From NCBI GenBank assembly GCA_964438505.1, contig CAYTKN010000017.1, forward strand, positions 331-64,330: DNA of 64,000 nt, in the 5' to 3' direction. The translations under genes were made by a program, and so were the position numbers. The DNA comes from an uncultured Burkholderiales bacterium. Lineage in GTDB: Bacteria > Actinomycetota > Acidimicrobiia > IMCC26256 > JACPCJ01. The notes beneath the pieces were generated by a model. That model had not been told where the DNA came from. It saw nothing but the letters and a program-made list of their open reading frames with translations, and did not search any database. Shown here one piece after another: positions 30,599 through 40,830 of this stretch (position 1 is its first letter; the number at the start of each line of letters is the position of its first letter).

Positions 30599-31642
30599 TC
30601 ACGCGACCGTCGGGAGCCGCAACCCGGGGCTGGCGCCCGACCCCAGCGGGCTCGGCCCGTCGCGGTCGAGCACCCGGAACGCCGCCGCAGCGATCATCGC
30701 CCCGTTGTCCGTGCACATCGACGGCGTCGGCAGGATCGCACGGCGCCCCGTGCGCTCGGCTTCCTCCAGCGTGCGCTCCCGCAGCCGGGAGTTCGCGGCC
30801 ACCCCGCCGCCGAGCACCACCGTGGGCGCCCCCGTCTCCTCCGCGGCCCGGAACAGCTTGGTCACCAGCACGTCGACCACCGCCTCCTGGAAGGAGGCGG
30901 CCACGTCCTCGACCGCGGCGTCCGCGGCATCCCCGGCACCCCCGGCGGCTCCGCGCGCGACGTGGTGGCGCACCGCGGTCTTGAGCCCCGAGAACGAGAA
31001 GTCGCAACCTTCCCCGAGCATCGGGCGGGGGAAGGCGACGGCGGAGGGATCCCCGCGCAGCGCCAACCGGTCGATGACCGGCCCACCCGGGTAGCCGAGG
31101 TCCAGCAGGCGCGCCACCTTGTCGAAGGCCTCGCCGGCCGCGTCGTCGACCGTCTCGCCCATGAGGCGGTACCGGCCGTGGTCCTCCATGTGGACGACCA
31201 TCGTGTGCCCGCCGGAGGCGAGCAGGACGCTCATCGGCGGCTCGAGTCCCGGGTTCTCGAGGAACGCCGCGTAGAGGTGCCCCTCCATGTGGTTGACGCC
31301 GACGTAGGGGACGCCGAGGGTGAGCGACAGGGCCTTCGCCGAGCTCACGCCCACGAGGAGGGCACCAGCGAGGCCCGGCCCCTCGCACGCCGCGACGGCT
31401 CCCAGATCGGAGAGCTCCACGCCCCCCTCGACCAGCGCCTCGGCGATCACCACGTTGATCACGTCGACGTGTGCCCGGGAAGCCACCTCCGGGACGACCC
31501 CACCGAAGCGGGCGTGGAGGTCGACCTGGCTCGCCACCACCGACGCCAGCACGTCGTCGCCCTCGGCGACGACCGACACGGCGGTCTCGTCGCACGACGT
31601 CTCGATCCCGAGGACGAGGCCGACCTCGCCGCCCGGGGTCAC
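30599..31642 (-). CDS. tsaD: tRNA threonylcarbamoyltransferase
   Basis: LGIETSCDET, FGGVVPEVASRAH, HMEGH, DDAAGEAFDK, GGVAANSRLR, TDNGAMIA. Confidence 0.97.
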   Translation of the reverse strand: MTPGGEVGLVLGIETSCDETAVSVVAEGDDVLASVVASQVDLHARFGGVVPEVASRAHVDVINVVIAEALVEGGVELSDLGAVAACEGPGLAGALLVGVSSAKALSLTLGVPYVGVNHMEGHLYAAFLENPGLEPPMSVLLASGGHTMVVHMEDHGRYRLMGETVDDAAGEAFDKVARLLDLGYPGGPVIDRLALRGDPSAVAFPRPMLGEGCDFSFSGLKTAVRHHVARGAAGGAGDAADAAVEDVAASFQEAVVDVLVTKLFRAAEETGAPTVVLGGGVAANSRLRERTLEEAERTGRRAILPTPSMCTDNGAMIAAAAFRVLDRDGPSPLGSGASPGLRLPTVA

Positions 31643-32250
31643 CACTCCTCCCCGAAGGGCTCGACGGTGGTCGTGCCGGTGAGACGCGCCTCGATGGCGG
31701 CCAGCCTGCGGCTGTATCCGGGAGTGTCCACGCCCTCGGCCCACATCACCATCGCGTCCTCGTTGGTCTCCTGGTAGTAGTTCCGGCGCACGCCGACGGG
31801 CATGAAGCCGAACCTCCGGTACAGCGCCTGCGCGGCCCGGTTGGCCATCCGCACCTCGAGGGTGAGGCTCGTCGCATCCCGGTGGAGCGCCTCTCGCGCC
31901 AGCGCCAGGAGGAGGCGGGTGCCGATCCCCCGACCCTGCCAGTCGGGATCGACGGCGATCGTGGTCACGTGCGCGTCGCCGGCGGCCAGCATCACGCCGG
32001 CGTAGCCGACCACGTGGCGGCCGACCCTGGCGACCACGTACGCGCGCGTCGAGGACAGCGCCAGCTCGCTCAGGAACAGCGACATGCTCCAGGCGTGCGG
32101 GTACACCTCCCCCTCGATCCTGAGCACCGCCTTGAGGTCCCGGCGGCGCATCGGAGCGATCGTGACGTGGAGGTCCTCGAGGTCGGCGTCGTCGCGCCGC
32201 GCGGCGCCGTCGATCCGGGATTCGCCGTCGATGTCGGGGTCCACTGCCAT
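31639..32250 (-). CDS. rimI: Ribosomal protein S18-alanine N-acetyltransferase
   Basis: GNAT motifs IAVDPDWQGRGIG, TLEVRMANRAAQALY, GVRRNYY..EDA; between tsaB and tsaD. Confidence 0.92.
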   Translation of the reverse strand: MAVDPDIDGESRIDGAARRDDADLEDLHVTIAPMRRRDLKAVLRIEGEVYPHAWSMSLFLSELALSSTRAYVVARVGRHVVGYAGVMLAAGDAHVTTIAVDPDWQGRGIGTRLLLALAREALHRDATSLTLEVRMANRAAQALYRRFGFMPVGVRRNYYQETNEDAMVMWAEGVDTPGYSRRLAAIEARLTGTTTVEPFGEEW

Positions 32251-32967
32251 TCAGCGCGCTCCCGTGTCGCCTCTCACCGCCGAAGCGGGATCGGGGAGCT
32301 CGGCGTCGCTCACACGGAGGTAGAGGGGCTCGACCTCCTGGGGACGCGAGAACTCCTCGCGCGCGAACTTCGCACACGCCAGCTCCACCAGCACAGCCGG
32401 GCTCGGGTGGGCGTGCACCGGCGACGCCCACTCGGCGCCGTCGAGCTCGCCGAACCGCTCACGGTGGAGCAGCGCCCCCTCGCCCACCAGCAACGGGTCG
32501 TCGCCGACGGCGATGAGCTCGGCCTCGAGGTCCTCGGGCTCGCCGACCGAGTACTCGCCGGCTCGCTGGAGGCCGCCGGGGACCGGGTGGTAGATCGCCC
32601 AGAACACCTCCCCGCGGCGCGCGTCGATCACCGCGGCGACGAGGCGGTCCGTGTACCGGACCGGGTACGCCACGAGGTCGAGGCTGGCCACCGGCACCAC
32701 CGGGATGCGCAGCGCCTGGGCCATGACCTTCGCGGTGGCGACCCCGACCCGCAGGCCGGTGAAGAGGCCCGGACCGATCCCCACGGCGATCCCCGCGAGG
32801 TCGCCGGGCGCGGCGCCCGCCTCGGCGAGCGCGTACTCCACCGCCGGAGCCAGGGTCTCCGCGTGGCGGCGCCCGCGGGCGGAGCAGACCTGGGACACGA
32901 CCCCGCGCTCCGAGCCCACCGCCACGCCGACCTGCGCCGTCGAGGTGTCGACCCCCAGGATCAGCAC
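32251..32967 (-). CDS. tsaB: t6A biosynthesis protein TsaB
   Basis: LILGVDTST, RRHAETL, GIGPGLFTGLRVG, DARRGEV, EPLYLR. Confidence 0.95.
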   Translation of the reverse strand: MLILGVDTSTAQVGVAVGSERGVVSQVCSARGRRHAETLAPAVEYALAEAGAAPGDLAGIAVGIGPGLFTGLRVGVATAKVMAQALRIPVVPVASLDLVAYPVRYTDRLVAAVIDARRGEVFWAIYHPVPGGLQRAGEYSVGEPEDLEAELIAVGDDPLLVGEGALLHRERFGELDGAEWASPVHAHPSPAVLVELACAKFAREEFSRPQEVEPLYLRVSDAELPDPASAVRGDTGAR

Positions 32968-33455
32968 GGCCCACCCGCTCCCCATCGCTCGAGCGACGCC
33001 TCCAGAACCTCGCGACGGGCCGCCCACGAGGGACCGAGCCCGCTGCACTCGACCAACCGGGTCGCGTCGTCGTCGCCGAAGGCGAGACGGACCTCGAGGC
33101 GCTCCGCGGGGAGCATCGGCGCGACGCGGTCGCCCCACTCGACGACCGTGACCCGTCCCGGGTCCAGGACCTCCTCGAAGCCGAGGTCGTGGAGCTCCTG
33201 GGCGTGGTCGAGCCGGTAGACGTCGACGTGGGCGAGCGGGATCCGACCCTCGTACTCCCGCACGATCACGAACGACGGGCTCGTCACGCGGTCCTCGATC
33301 CCCAGCCCGCGGGCGAGGCCCTGCGCCAGCGCGGTCTTGCCCGTCCCCAGCTCGCCGGCCAGGAGCACGACATCGCCGGGCCGCAGCACCTCGGCCACGG
33401 CCGCTCCGACCTCGCGGGTCTCGTCGACGCCACCCGTCCGCAGCTCCACCCTCAC
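32961..33455 (-). CDS. tsaE: t6A biosynthesis ATPase TsaE
   Basis: GELGTGKT, VTSPSF, HVDVYRL, VEWG. Confidence 0.95.
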   Translation of the reverse strand: MRVELRTGGVDETREVGAAVAEVLRPGDVVLLAGELGTGKTALAQGLARGLGIEDRVTSPSFVIVREYEGRIPLAHVDVYRLDHAQELHDLGFEEVLDPGRVTVVEWGDRVAPMLPAERLEVRLAFGDDDATRLVECSGLGPSWAARREVLEASLERWGAGGPC

Positions 33456-34054
33456 CCCTCCTCCCGACGGGAGCGGGCCACCGCCCGCTTGGCGAGCACG
33501 AAGTCGGCCCGCATCTGGGCGAGCGCCTCGCCGCGGCCGCGCAGGACCGCAGCCGGATGGAACGTCGGGATCAGCACCGCACCCGCGCCGAAGGGGTACT
33601 CGCGGCCCCGCACCTTCGTGATGCCCGACTTGGTGTCGAGGAGCCGCTTGGTGGCGAAGTTCCCGAGCGACATCACCACCCGGGGTCGGATGTGGGCGAG
33701 CTGCGCCTCCAGGTAGGGGCTGCACGCCGAGATCTCGTCGGGCTCGGGGTCCCGGTTCCCCGGCGGGCGGCACTTCACGACGTTGGCGATGTAGACGTCG
33801 CCGCGGCGCAACCCGATGTCCTCGACGAGCTGGGTGAGCAGCCGTCCCGCTCGCCCGACGAAGGGCTCACCCTGACGGTCCTCCTCCTTGCCCGGACCCT
33901 CGCCGACGAACATGAGATCCGCGTGGCGGTCGCCGACGCCGAAGACCACCTGGGTGCGTCCCTCCGCCAGGCGGCACCGCGTGCAGGCCGTGGCCTCGGC
34001 GACCAGCTCCTCCCATGGCTGCTCCGGCTCCGCGGTGACGAACAGGCTGGTCAC
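33452..34054 (-). CDS. Uracil-DNA glycosylase family 4 (4Fe-4S)
   Basis: CTRCRL, FVGEGPG..ED..GEPFVGRAG, NVVKCRPPGNRDP, TFHPA. Confidence 0.95.
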   Translation of the reverse strand: MTSLFVTAEPEQPWEELVAEATACTRCRLAEGRTQVVFGVGDRHADLMFVGEGPGKEEDRQGEPFVGRAGRLLTQLVEDIGLRRGDVYIANVVKCRPPGNRDPEPDEISACSPYLEAQLAHIRPRVVMSLGNFATKRLLDTKSGITKVRGREYPFGAGAVLIPTFHPAAVLRGRGEALAQMRADFVLAKRAVARSRREEG

Positions 34055-34944
34055 GACACCGCGCTCCTGATCGCCCCGGCGACGACCCGGGTGGCCGTCG
34101 CCCTGACCCGGTCCGGATGCGCCGCGACGTCGCCGGTGGCCACCGCGAAGGTCATGTCGCCGTCGAAGCGCGTGTGCGCTGGGAAGATCGCCCGCGCCAG
34201 CCCGTCGTGGGCGCTCTCGGCCACCAGGCGGCACTGGGCCTTGTCGAGGGCGGCGTTGGTCGCCACGACCGCCAACGTGGTGTTCTCGAACGGGGCCGTC
34301 GCGTCCTCCGGGAAGGGCGGCGCCTCGGTGGTACCCGGCTCCGCGTGCGAACCCGCACCCGAGCCGGCGAGCACGCCGCCGTCCTCGCCGACCACGTCGC
34401 CGGCGGCGTTGACCACCGCCAGCGCCCAGACCACCACCTCGTCGTCGCGCTCGACCGCGCTTCCCAGACCTCCGGGGCTCCGGTGCTCGACGCCCCGCCA
34501 CTTCCCCACGGTCGCGCCGCGCCCGGCACCCACGCGACCCGTCGCCGGGCGCTCGTCGGGACCGTCGCCCGCCGCGGCCTCGGCGGCCGCGCGCCCCTCG
34601 GCGGGTCCCGGCGCCGCGCTCGCGGCGTCGAGGTCGAAGATGGCGGCCGCCGCGACGATGGGGACCGGCCCACCGCTCGTCGGGAACCCCTGGCCGCGGT
34701 CGGCCAGGTAGCGCACCACACCGTCCGCCGCCGCGAGGCCGAGCGCCGCGCCGCCACACAGCACGACGGCGTCGATCCTCGTCACCAGCGTGCCGTGCTC
34801 GAGCAGCGCGGCCTCCCGGGTCGCGGGCGCACCCCCGCGGACCTCTCCGGCGCCGGTGGCGCCCGCGGGCGCGAGCACGACGGTCACGCCCGTGGCGTCA
34901 CCGCTCCAGTGACCGACTCTGAGGCCCGGGACGTCGGTGACCAT
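34051..34944 (-). CDS. P1/DmpA (peptidase S58) family protein
   Basis: TDVPGLRVGH, GGAPATRE, GRVGAGRGA, NTTLAVVATNA, HTRFDGD. Confidence 0.9.
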   Translation of the reverse strand: MVTDVPGLRVGHWSGDATGVTVVLAPAGATGAGEVRGGAPATREAALLEHGTLVTRIDAVVLCGGAALGLAAADGVVRYLADRGQGFPTSGGPVPIVAAAAIFDLDAASAAPGPAEGRAAAEAAAGDGPDERPATGRVGAGRGATVGKWRGVEHRSPGGLGSAVERDDEVVVWALAVVNAAGDVVGEDGGVLAGSGAGSHAEPGTTEAPPFPEDATAPFENTTLAVVATNAALDKAQCRLVAESAHDGLARAIFPAHTRFDGDMTFAVATGDVAAHPDRVRATATRVVAGAIRSAVS

Positions 34945-35957
34945 CACCCGGCGACTCCGACCCGGGGTTCGGGTGGCGCTCCGGAGGCGACCTCGTGGGC
35001 GAAGTCGGCCACGAGGCGGGAGACCTCCTCGGCGCGCTCGAACATCGGCATGTGGCCGGCCCCCTCGAGGAGCTCGAGGCGGGCGTCGGGGATGCGCTGC
35101 GCCATCGAGCGCGACGCGCGCGGCGGCGTCAGGCGGTCGAGCGTCCCGCAGACCACCAGCGTGGGCACCGGGATCGCGGCCAGGTCGGACCGCAGGTCGA
35201 AGCGCGCCAGCGGACGGACGGCCGACATGCGGGTCCGCGGCGACGTCTCCGAGACCATCCGCCGGGTGATCTCGACGTGGCTGGCGAACGGCCGGTGTCC
35301 CAGGCCGTACCGGGCCAGCAGGTACCCGGTGTCGGGATCGCTCATCGCCCGGACGAAGCGGGCGTCGCGTCGCTCGGCGCCGCGGCCGGGAGGCAGGCGG
35401 TCGAAGATCCCCCACGACCGCATCGAGTGCGAGACGGTGGCGACGAGCACGAGACCGGCCACCCGCTCGCGCAGCACCTCGGGGTGGCGGGCGGCGAACG
35501 CCTGGACGCCCATCCCGCCCATCGAGTGGCCGACGAGGACCGCGTCGCGGAGGTCGAGCTCCTCGAGGAGCGAGCGGAGGTCGTCGGCGAGCTGGTCGAG
35601 CCCGAACCCCTCGCGCCCGACGGTGGAGCGACCGTGGCCGCGCTGGTCGAAGACGATCGCACGGATTCCCCGCTCGGGGAGGTCCTCCAACTGGTGGATC
35701 CAGGTCCGCCGGTCGATGGTCACCCCGTGCCCCATGAGCACGGGGATCCCGCGACCCCGCTCGACGACGTGGAGCTCGGTGCCGTCGTGGCCGGTGACGG
35801 TGCGCTGGAGGTCGAAGACCGGCTCGAAGGGATGGTCGGCGTAAGGGTCGGGGCGGGCCCGCTCCCGGCGGACGGCCACCCGCGACGCCGCGTACCCGAC
35901 CGCCGCGGACGCGATCGCGGCGGCAGCACCCCCCACCAGCACCCGCCGAGCCCTCAT
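34944..35957 (-). CDS. Alpha/beta hydrolase with N-terminal anchor
   Basis: FDQRGHGRS, GHSMGG, GTLDRLTP, GHMPMFE. Confidence 0.92.
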   Translation of the reverse strand: MRARRVLVGGAAAAIASAAVGYAASRVAVRRERARPDPYADHPFEPVFDLQRTVTGHDGTELHVVERGRGIPVLMGHGVTIDRRTWIHQLEDLPERGIRAIVFDQRGHGRSTVGREGFGLDQLADDLRSLLEELDLRDAVLVGHSMGGMGVQAFAARHPEVLRERVAGLVLVATVSHSMRSWGIFDRLPPGRGAERRDARFVRAMSDPDTGYLLARYGLGHRPFASHVEITRRMVSETSPRTRMSAVRPLARFDLRSDLAAIPVPTLVVCGTLDRLTPPRASRSMAQRIPDARLELLEGAGHMPMFERAEEVSRLVADFAHEVASGAPPEPRVGVAG

Positions 35958-37087
35958 CCCACGTACCTCCGCGGCACCCGCGAGCCGATCCCGCAGGTGA
36001 CCTCGTAGCCGATCGTCTCCAGGCGCTCTCCCCACTCCTGCGCGGTGATCGCCTCGTCTCCCTGGCCGCCGATCAACACGACCTCGTCTCCCACGCCGAC
36101 CTCGTCGTCTCCGCAATCCGCCATGAGCTGGTCCATGGTGACGGTCCCCGCGATCGGTCTCCTGCGCCCACCGACGAGGACCTCGCCACCCACGTGGCCG
36201 AGGCGCCGGGGGACCCCGTCGCCGTACCCGATCGAGACGACCGCGATCGTCGCCGGGCGGTCGAGACGGTACCGCAGCCCGTACGAGATCCCCTCCCCGG
36301 CCGGGACCCGGCGCACCTGGGTCACCTCCGCCCGGAGGCTCATCACGGGGCGGAGATCGGCGACGCCGTCGAGCGCCGGCGACGGCGCGATCCCGTAGAC
36401 GGCGATGCCGCAGCGCACGAGGTCGTGGCGCGCCTCGGGGAGGGTGAGCGTGGCGGCCGAGTTGGCCGCGTGGACCAGCGGCGGCTCGTGGCCGTGCTCG
36501 GCGAGCTCGGCCCGGCAGCTCGCGAACCGTCGCATCTGCTCCGCGGTGGCCGGGTGGTCGACCTCGTCGGCCACGGCGAAGTGGGTCATCAGCCCTTCCA
36601 GCTCCAGCTCCTCGAAGCCGGCCACCGAGTCGGCCAGGCGGAGGGCCTCCGCGCGGTCGCAGCCGACCCGGTGCATGCCCGTGTCGACCTTGAGGTGGAC
36701 GGGGAGCGGCTCCGAGCGATCCGAGTCGGCCACCGACTTCGCCAGCGCCTCCACGAACGGCGTGCGGTAGACGACGGGGGTCAGGTCGTGGGCGACCACC
36801 GCGCCGGCGGCGTCGGGCGGCGGCTCGGAGAGCACCAGCACGGGAGCCGTGAGGCCGGCCTCGCGCAGCTCGATGCCCTCCTCGACGAGCGCGACCCCCA
36901 ACCACGGCGCTCCGGCCTCCACCGCGGCCCGGGCCACCGGCACCGCGCCGTGACCGTAGGCGTCGGCCTTCACCACCGCCATCAGCGCGGCGTCGCCGGC
37001 GAAGCGCGCCAGCACCGCCACGTTCGACCTCACCGCCGCGAGGTCGACGCGGGCGCGCACCCGCCGGAAGTCGGGAACGGAGCTCAC
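35954..37087 (-). CDS. alr: Alanine racemase
   Basis: MAVVKADAYGHG, HLKVDTGMHRVG, MTHFA, ANSAA, GISYG, IGYE. Confidence 0.97.
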   Translation of the reverse strand: MSSVPDFRRVRARVDLAAVRSNVAVLARFAGDAALMAVVKADAYGHGAVPVARAAVEAGAPWLGVALVEEGIELREAGLTAPVLVLSEPPPDAAGAVVAHDLTPVVYRTPFVEALAKSVADSDRSEPLPVHLKVDTGMHRVGCDRAEALRLADSVAGFEELELEGLMTHFAVADEVDHPATAEQMRRFASCRAELAEHGHEPPLVHAANSAATLTLPEARHDLVRCGIAVYGIAPSPALDGVADLRPVMSLRAEVTQVRRVPAGEGISYGLRYRLDRPATIAVVSIGYGDGVPRRLGHVGGEVLVGGRRRPIAGTVTMDQLMADCGDDEVGVGDEVVLIGGQGDEAITAQEWGERLETIGYEVTCGIGSRVPRRYVG

Positions 37088-37097
37088 GCGACCCGGG

Positions 37098-38552
37098 TCA
37101 CCCGCGCTCGGGGTACGGGTGGACGGCGGCGAGCACGTCGGCGATCGCCTCGACGAGGTCGGAGGCGACGAGCCCCTCGCGTCCGGCGACCTCCGCGGCG
37201 GCGCCGTGCAGCCACGCGCCCGCCGCGGCCGCCTCGAACGCGTCGACCCCCTGGGCGAGGAGCGAGCCGACGACACCCGAGAGCACGTCGCCGGTTCCCG
37301 CGGAGGCCAGCCACGGCCCTCCGGTGGTGTCGAGCACGGCCCGCCCTTCCGGCTCGGCGACGACCGTCGTCGAGCCCTTGAGCAGGACCACCGCCCCGGT
37401 CTCCGCGGCGAGCGCCCGCGCCGCGGAGAGGGGATCGTCGCCGGGCGGCTCCCCGGCCAGCCTCGCGAACTCGCCGGCGTGCGGCGTCAACACGGCGGGG
37501 CCGGCGCGCTCGACGAGGGGAGCCCGGTCCCCGGCGAGGCAGTTGAGCCCGTCGGCGTCGAGGAGGACGGGGACGGGCGCCTCGGCCACGACCGAGCGGA
37601 CGGCCGCAGCGGTCCGCTCGTCGGTGCCGAGCCCCGGCCCGACCACCGCGGCACGAAAGCGCGGCAGCGCTTCGAGCACCTCCTTGGCCGCCGGCTCGTC
37701 GAGGAGCCCCTCGGGGGTCTCGGCGAGCGCGTGGGTGACGACCTCGCCTCCCGCCGCTCGGGCGGCCAGGCCGGCGCCGGGGAGACCGAGCACGACGATC
37801 CCCGCTCCCGACCGCAACCCGCTCCGGGCGACCAGGTTGGCCGCTCCGAGCATCCCCGCCTTGCCGGCCACGACGAACAGCCCGCCCACCGCCCACTTGT
37901 GGGTCTCGGGCTCACGGTGGGGCAGCAGGGCGCCCACGTCCTCGCCGTCGAGGACGTGACCGGGCGGACCGGGTGCCCGCTCGACGTCGACGCCGATGGG
38001 GGCGACCTCCACGACTCCGGCGTGCGTGGCCCCCGGGTGGAACAGCAGCCCGGTCTTGAGCGCCTCGAAGCAGACCGTGCGCTCGGCGTGCACCGCGCGC
38101 CCCTCGACCGCGCCGGTCGTGCCGTCGACGCCGGTCGGGACGTCACAGGCGACCACCGGCACCCCGGCGGCGCCGAGGGCCTCGGCAGCGAACGCCGGGT
38201 CGCCGCGCAGGGTCCCCCGGAAGCCGGTCCCCAGCATCGCGTCGACGGCCGCGTCGGAGCGCTCGAGGGAGCGCACGAGACCCTCCCGGTCGAGCGAGGG
38301 CTCGAGGTCGAAGACCTCGGCACGCACCCCCCAGCCGTCCAGGAGCCGCGCGGCCACCCGGCCGTCCCCGCCGTTGTTCCCCTTGCCGCACACGAGCGTC
38401 ACCCGGCGACCGTAGGTCCCGCCGAGCACCTCGCGAGTCGCCCGCGCCAGGGCCCACGCCGCCCGCTCCATGAGGACCTCGAGGGGCGTTCCCGCCTCGA
38501 TCGTGGCGCGGTCGGCGTCGGCCATCTGCTCGGGAGTCAGCACGAGCTCCAC
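37098..38552 (-). CDS. nnr: NAD(P)HX epimerase/dehydratase fusion
   Basis: LMERAA, GKGNNGGDG, CDVPTG, GPGLG, DADGLN, TPHAGEF, GTGDVLSG. Confidence 0.95.
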   Translation of the reverse strand: MELVLTPEQMADADRATIEAGTPLEVLMERAAWALARATREVLGGTYGRRVTLVCGKGNNGGDGRVAARLLDGWGVRAEVFDLEPSLDREGLVRSLERSDAAVDAMLGTGFRGTLRGDPAFAAEALGAAGVPVVACDVPTGVDGTTGAVEGRAVHAERTVCFEALKTGLLFHPGATHAGVVEVAPIGVDVERAPGPPGHVLDGEDVGALLPHREPETHKWAVGGLFVVAGKAGMLGAANLVARSGLRSGAGIVVLGLPGAGLAARAAGGEVVTHALAETPEGLLDEPAAKEVLEALPRFRAAVVGPGLGTDERTAAAVRSVVAEAPVPVLLDADGLNCLAGDRAPLVERAGPAVLTPHAGEFARLAGEPPGDDPLSAARALAAETGAVVLLKGSTTVVAEPEGRAVLDTTGGPWLASAGTGDVLSGVVGSLLAQGVDAFEAAAAGAWLHGAAAEVAGREGLVASDLVEAIADVLAAVHPYPERG

Positions 38553-38604
38553 GGGATCCCATGCTACGGGCCCGTGGCGGGAGCCGGCTCCCGCGATCGG
38601 CGGC

Positions 38605-38988
38605 TCAGCGCTCGGCCACCACCACGGCCACGGCGACGGCCTCGGAGTGGGTGAGCGACACGTGCCAGCGGGCGACACCCCGCTGCGTCGCGAGCTCCGC
38701 CGCGGAGCCGTGGAGGACGACCGTCGGCGCCCCCGAGTCGAGCCTCCCGACCTCCACGTCGCGGAGGCGGAACGCCCCCAACCCCACCCCGAGCGCCTTC
38801 ATCACGGCCTCCTTCACCGCGAACCGGGCGGCCAGGCGCGACGAGGGGTCCGCGTAGCGCTGCGCGTACGCACGCTCGCCGTCGGTGAACACGCGCTGCA
38901 CGATGCGGGGGCGGCGGGCGAGGACGCGGCGGAAGCGGGGGAGGTCGACGGCGTCCACGCCGACGCCCGCCAGCGCGGCAGCGGTCAC
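38605..38988 (-). CDS. acpS: Holo-ACP synthase
   Basis: GVGVDAVD, LAARFAVKEAVMKALG, SLTHS. Confidence 0.95.
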   Translation of the reverse strand: MTAAALAGVGVDAVDLPRFRRVLARRPRIVQRVFTDGERAYAQRYADPSSRLAARFAVKEAVMKALGVGLGAFRLRDVEVGRLDSGAPTVVLHGSAAELATQRGVARWHVSLTHSEAVAVAVVVAER

Positions 38989-38993
38989 CGCCC

Positions 38994-40823
38994 CTACTCC
39001 ACCGTGACGGTCTTGGCGAGGTTCCTGGGCTTGTCGACGTCGTGGCCCCGACGCCTCGCGATGGCGTAGGCGAAGAGCTGGAGGGGGACGACGTCGACGG
39101 CCGCCGAGAACAGCTCGGCGGTCTCCGGCACCCAGAAGACGTGGTCCGCCACCGCGGCGGCGTGGTCGTCGCCCTCGGTGGCCACGAGGATCACCGTCGC
39201 GCCCCGGGCGCGCACCTCCTCGATGTTCGAGAGCGTCTTGGCGTGCACGTGCGACCGGGTGGCCACCCCGACGACCACCACCCCCGGCTCGATGAGCGCG
39301 ATCGGCCCGTGCTTGAGCTCGCCCCCCGCGTACGCCTCGGCTCGCGCGTAGCTGATCTCCTTGAGCTTGAGGGCCCCTTCCATCGCCACCGGGTAGCCGA
39401 CACCCCGGCCGACGAAGAAGAAGTCCCGGACCTCCGCGTAGCGCTCGGCCACCGCCACGACGCGGTCGCTGTCCTCGAGGAGGGAGCGGATCCGATCCGG
39501 CACCGCGCCGAGCTCCGCCAGCAACTGCTTCGTCTCCCAGGGGTGCAGGGTCCCGCGGATCTCCGCCAGGTGGATCCCGAGCTGACCGAGGGCGACGATC
39601 TGCGCCAGGTGGGTCTTGGTGGCCGCCACCCCGACCTCGGGCCCGGCGTGGGTGTAGAGGACGGCGTCGGCGTCGCGGGCCATCGAGGAGTCGACGACGT
39701 TGCACACCGCCACGACACGGGAACCCTGACGCCTGGCGTAGCGGCAGGCGGCGATCGTGTCGGCCGTCTCCCCCGACTGGCTGATGCCCACCACGAGGGT
39801 GCGGGTGTCGAGCACCGGGTCGCGATACCGGAACTCGGAGGCGATGTCGATCTCGCAGGGCAGGCGCGTCCAGTGCTCGATGGCGTACTTGGCGACCATC
39901 CCGGCGTGGTAGCTGGTGCCGCAGGCGACGACGAACACCTTGTCGACGTCGCGCAGCTCGTCCTCCTCGAGCCGCAGCTCGTCGAGGACGAGGGTGCCGC
40001 CCACGGTGGAGCGTCCCCGGAGGGTCTCCTCGACGGCCGTGGGCTGCTCGTGGATCTCCTTGAGCATGAAGTCGGGGAACCCCGCCTTCTCCGCCTCCTC
40101 GAGGTTCCAGTCCACGTGGCGGGTCGGCGGCTCCACCTCGACGCCGTCGAGGTCGGTGACCCGCAGGCTCCCGGGCCGGACCTCGACAACCCGGTCGTCG
40201 TCGACGACCTTGAAGTCGCGGGTGTGGGCCAGCAGCGCCGGGATGTCGGATGCGACGTACGCCGCGTCCCCGGCGAGGCCCGCGATGAGCGGAGCGACCC
40301 GGCGGGCCGCGACGAGGAGGCCGGGCTCCGACCCGTGGACGGCCACGATCGCCAGCGACCCCTCGACCTGCGCCATGACCGCCCGGACCGCGCCGGCGAG
40401 GTCGGCGCCGGCGGCGACGCGCTCCTCGAGGAGGTGGGCGAGGAGCTCCGTGTCGGTCTCGGAGCGCAGCTCGTGGCTGCTCTCGAGGCGCTCGCGCAGC
40501 TCCAGGAAGTTCTCCACGATCCCGTTGTGCACGAGCGCCAGGGCGCCGGTGCAGTCGGTGTGGGGATGGGCGTTGCGCTCCGACGGCCGCCCGTGGGTCG
40601 CCCACCGGGTGTGACCGACGCCCGAGCGGGCCGCGGCGGGCGCGTCGTCCACGGCCGCCGCGAGCTCGGAGAGCTTCCCCACCCGACGGCGCACCCACAC
40701 GCCGCCGGCGTCGTGGAGCGCCACCCCGGCCGAGTCGTAGCCCCGGTACTCCAGGCGGCCGAGTCCCTCGACGAGCACCGGGAGGGCCGCGTCCGGACCC
40801 GTGTATCCGACGATCCCGCACAT
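38994..40823 (-). CDS. glmS: Glutamine-fructose-6-phosphate aminotransferase
   Basis: MCGIVG, EYRGYDSAG, GHTRWATHG, SQSGETAD, ELKHGP, PRNLAKTVTVE. Confidence 0.98.
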   Translation of the reverse strand: MCGIVGYTGPDAALPVLVEGLGRLEYRGYDSAGVALHDAGGVWVRRRVGKLSELAAAVDDAPAAARSGVGHTRWATHGRPSERNAHPHTDCTGALALVHNGIVENFLELRERLESSHELRSETDTELLAHLLEERVAAGADLAGAVRAVMAQVEGSLAIVAVHGSEPGLLVAARRVAPLIAGLAGDAAYVASDIPALLAHTRDFKVVDDDRVVEVRPGSLRVTDLDGVEVEPPTRHVDWNLEEAEKAGFPDFMLKEIHEQPTAVEETLRGRSTVGGTLVLDELRLEEDELRDVDKVFVVACGTSYHAGMVAKYAIEHWTRLPCEIDIASEFRYRDPVLDTRTLVVGISQSGETADTIAACRYARRQGSRVVAVCNVVDSSMARDADAVLYTHAGPEVGVAATKTHLAQIVALGQLGIHLAEIRGTLHPWETKQLLAELGAVPDRIRSLLEDSDRVVAVAERYAEVRDFFFVGRGVGYPVAMEGALKLKEISYARAEAYAGGELKHGPIALIEPGVVVVGVATRSHVHAKTLSNIEEVRARGATVILVATEGDDHAAAVADHVFWVPETAELFSAAVDVVPLQLFAYAIARRRGHDVDKPRNLAKTVTVE

Positions 40824-40830
40824 GGTGGAG

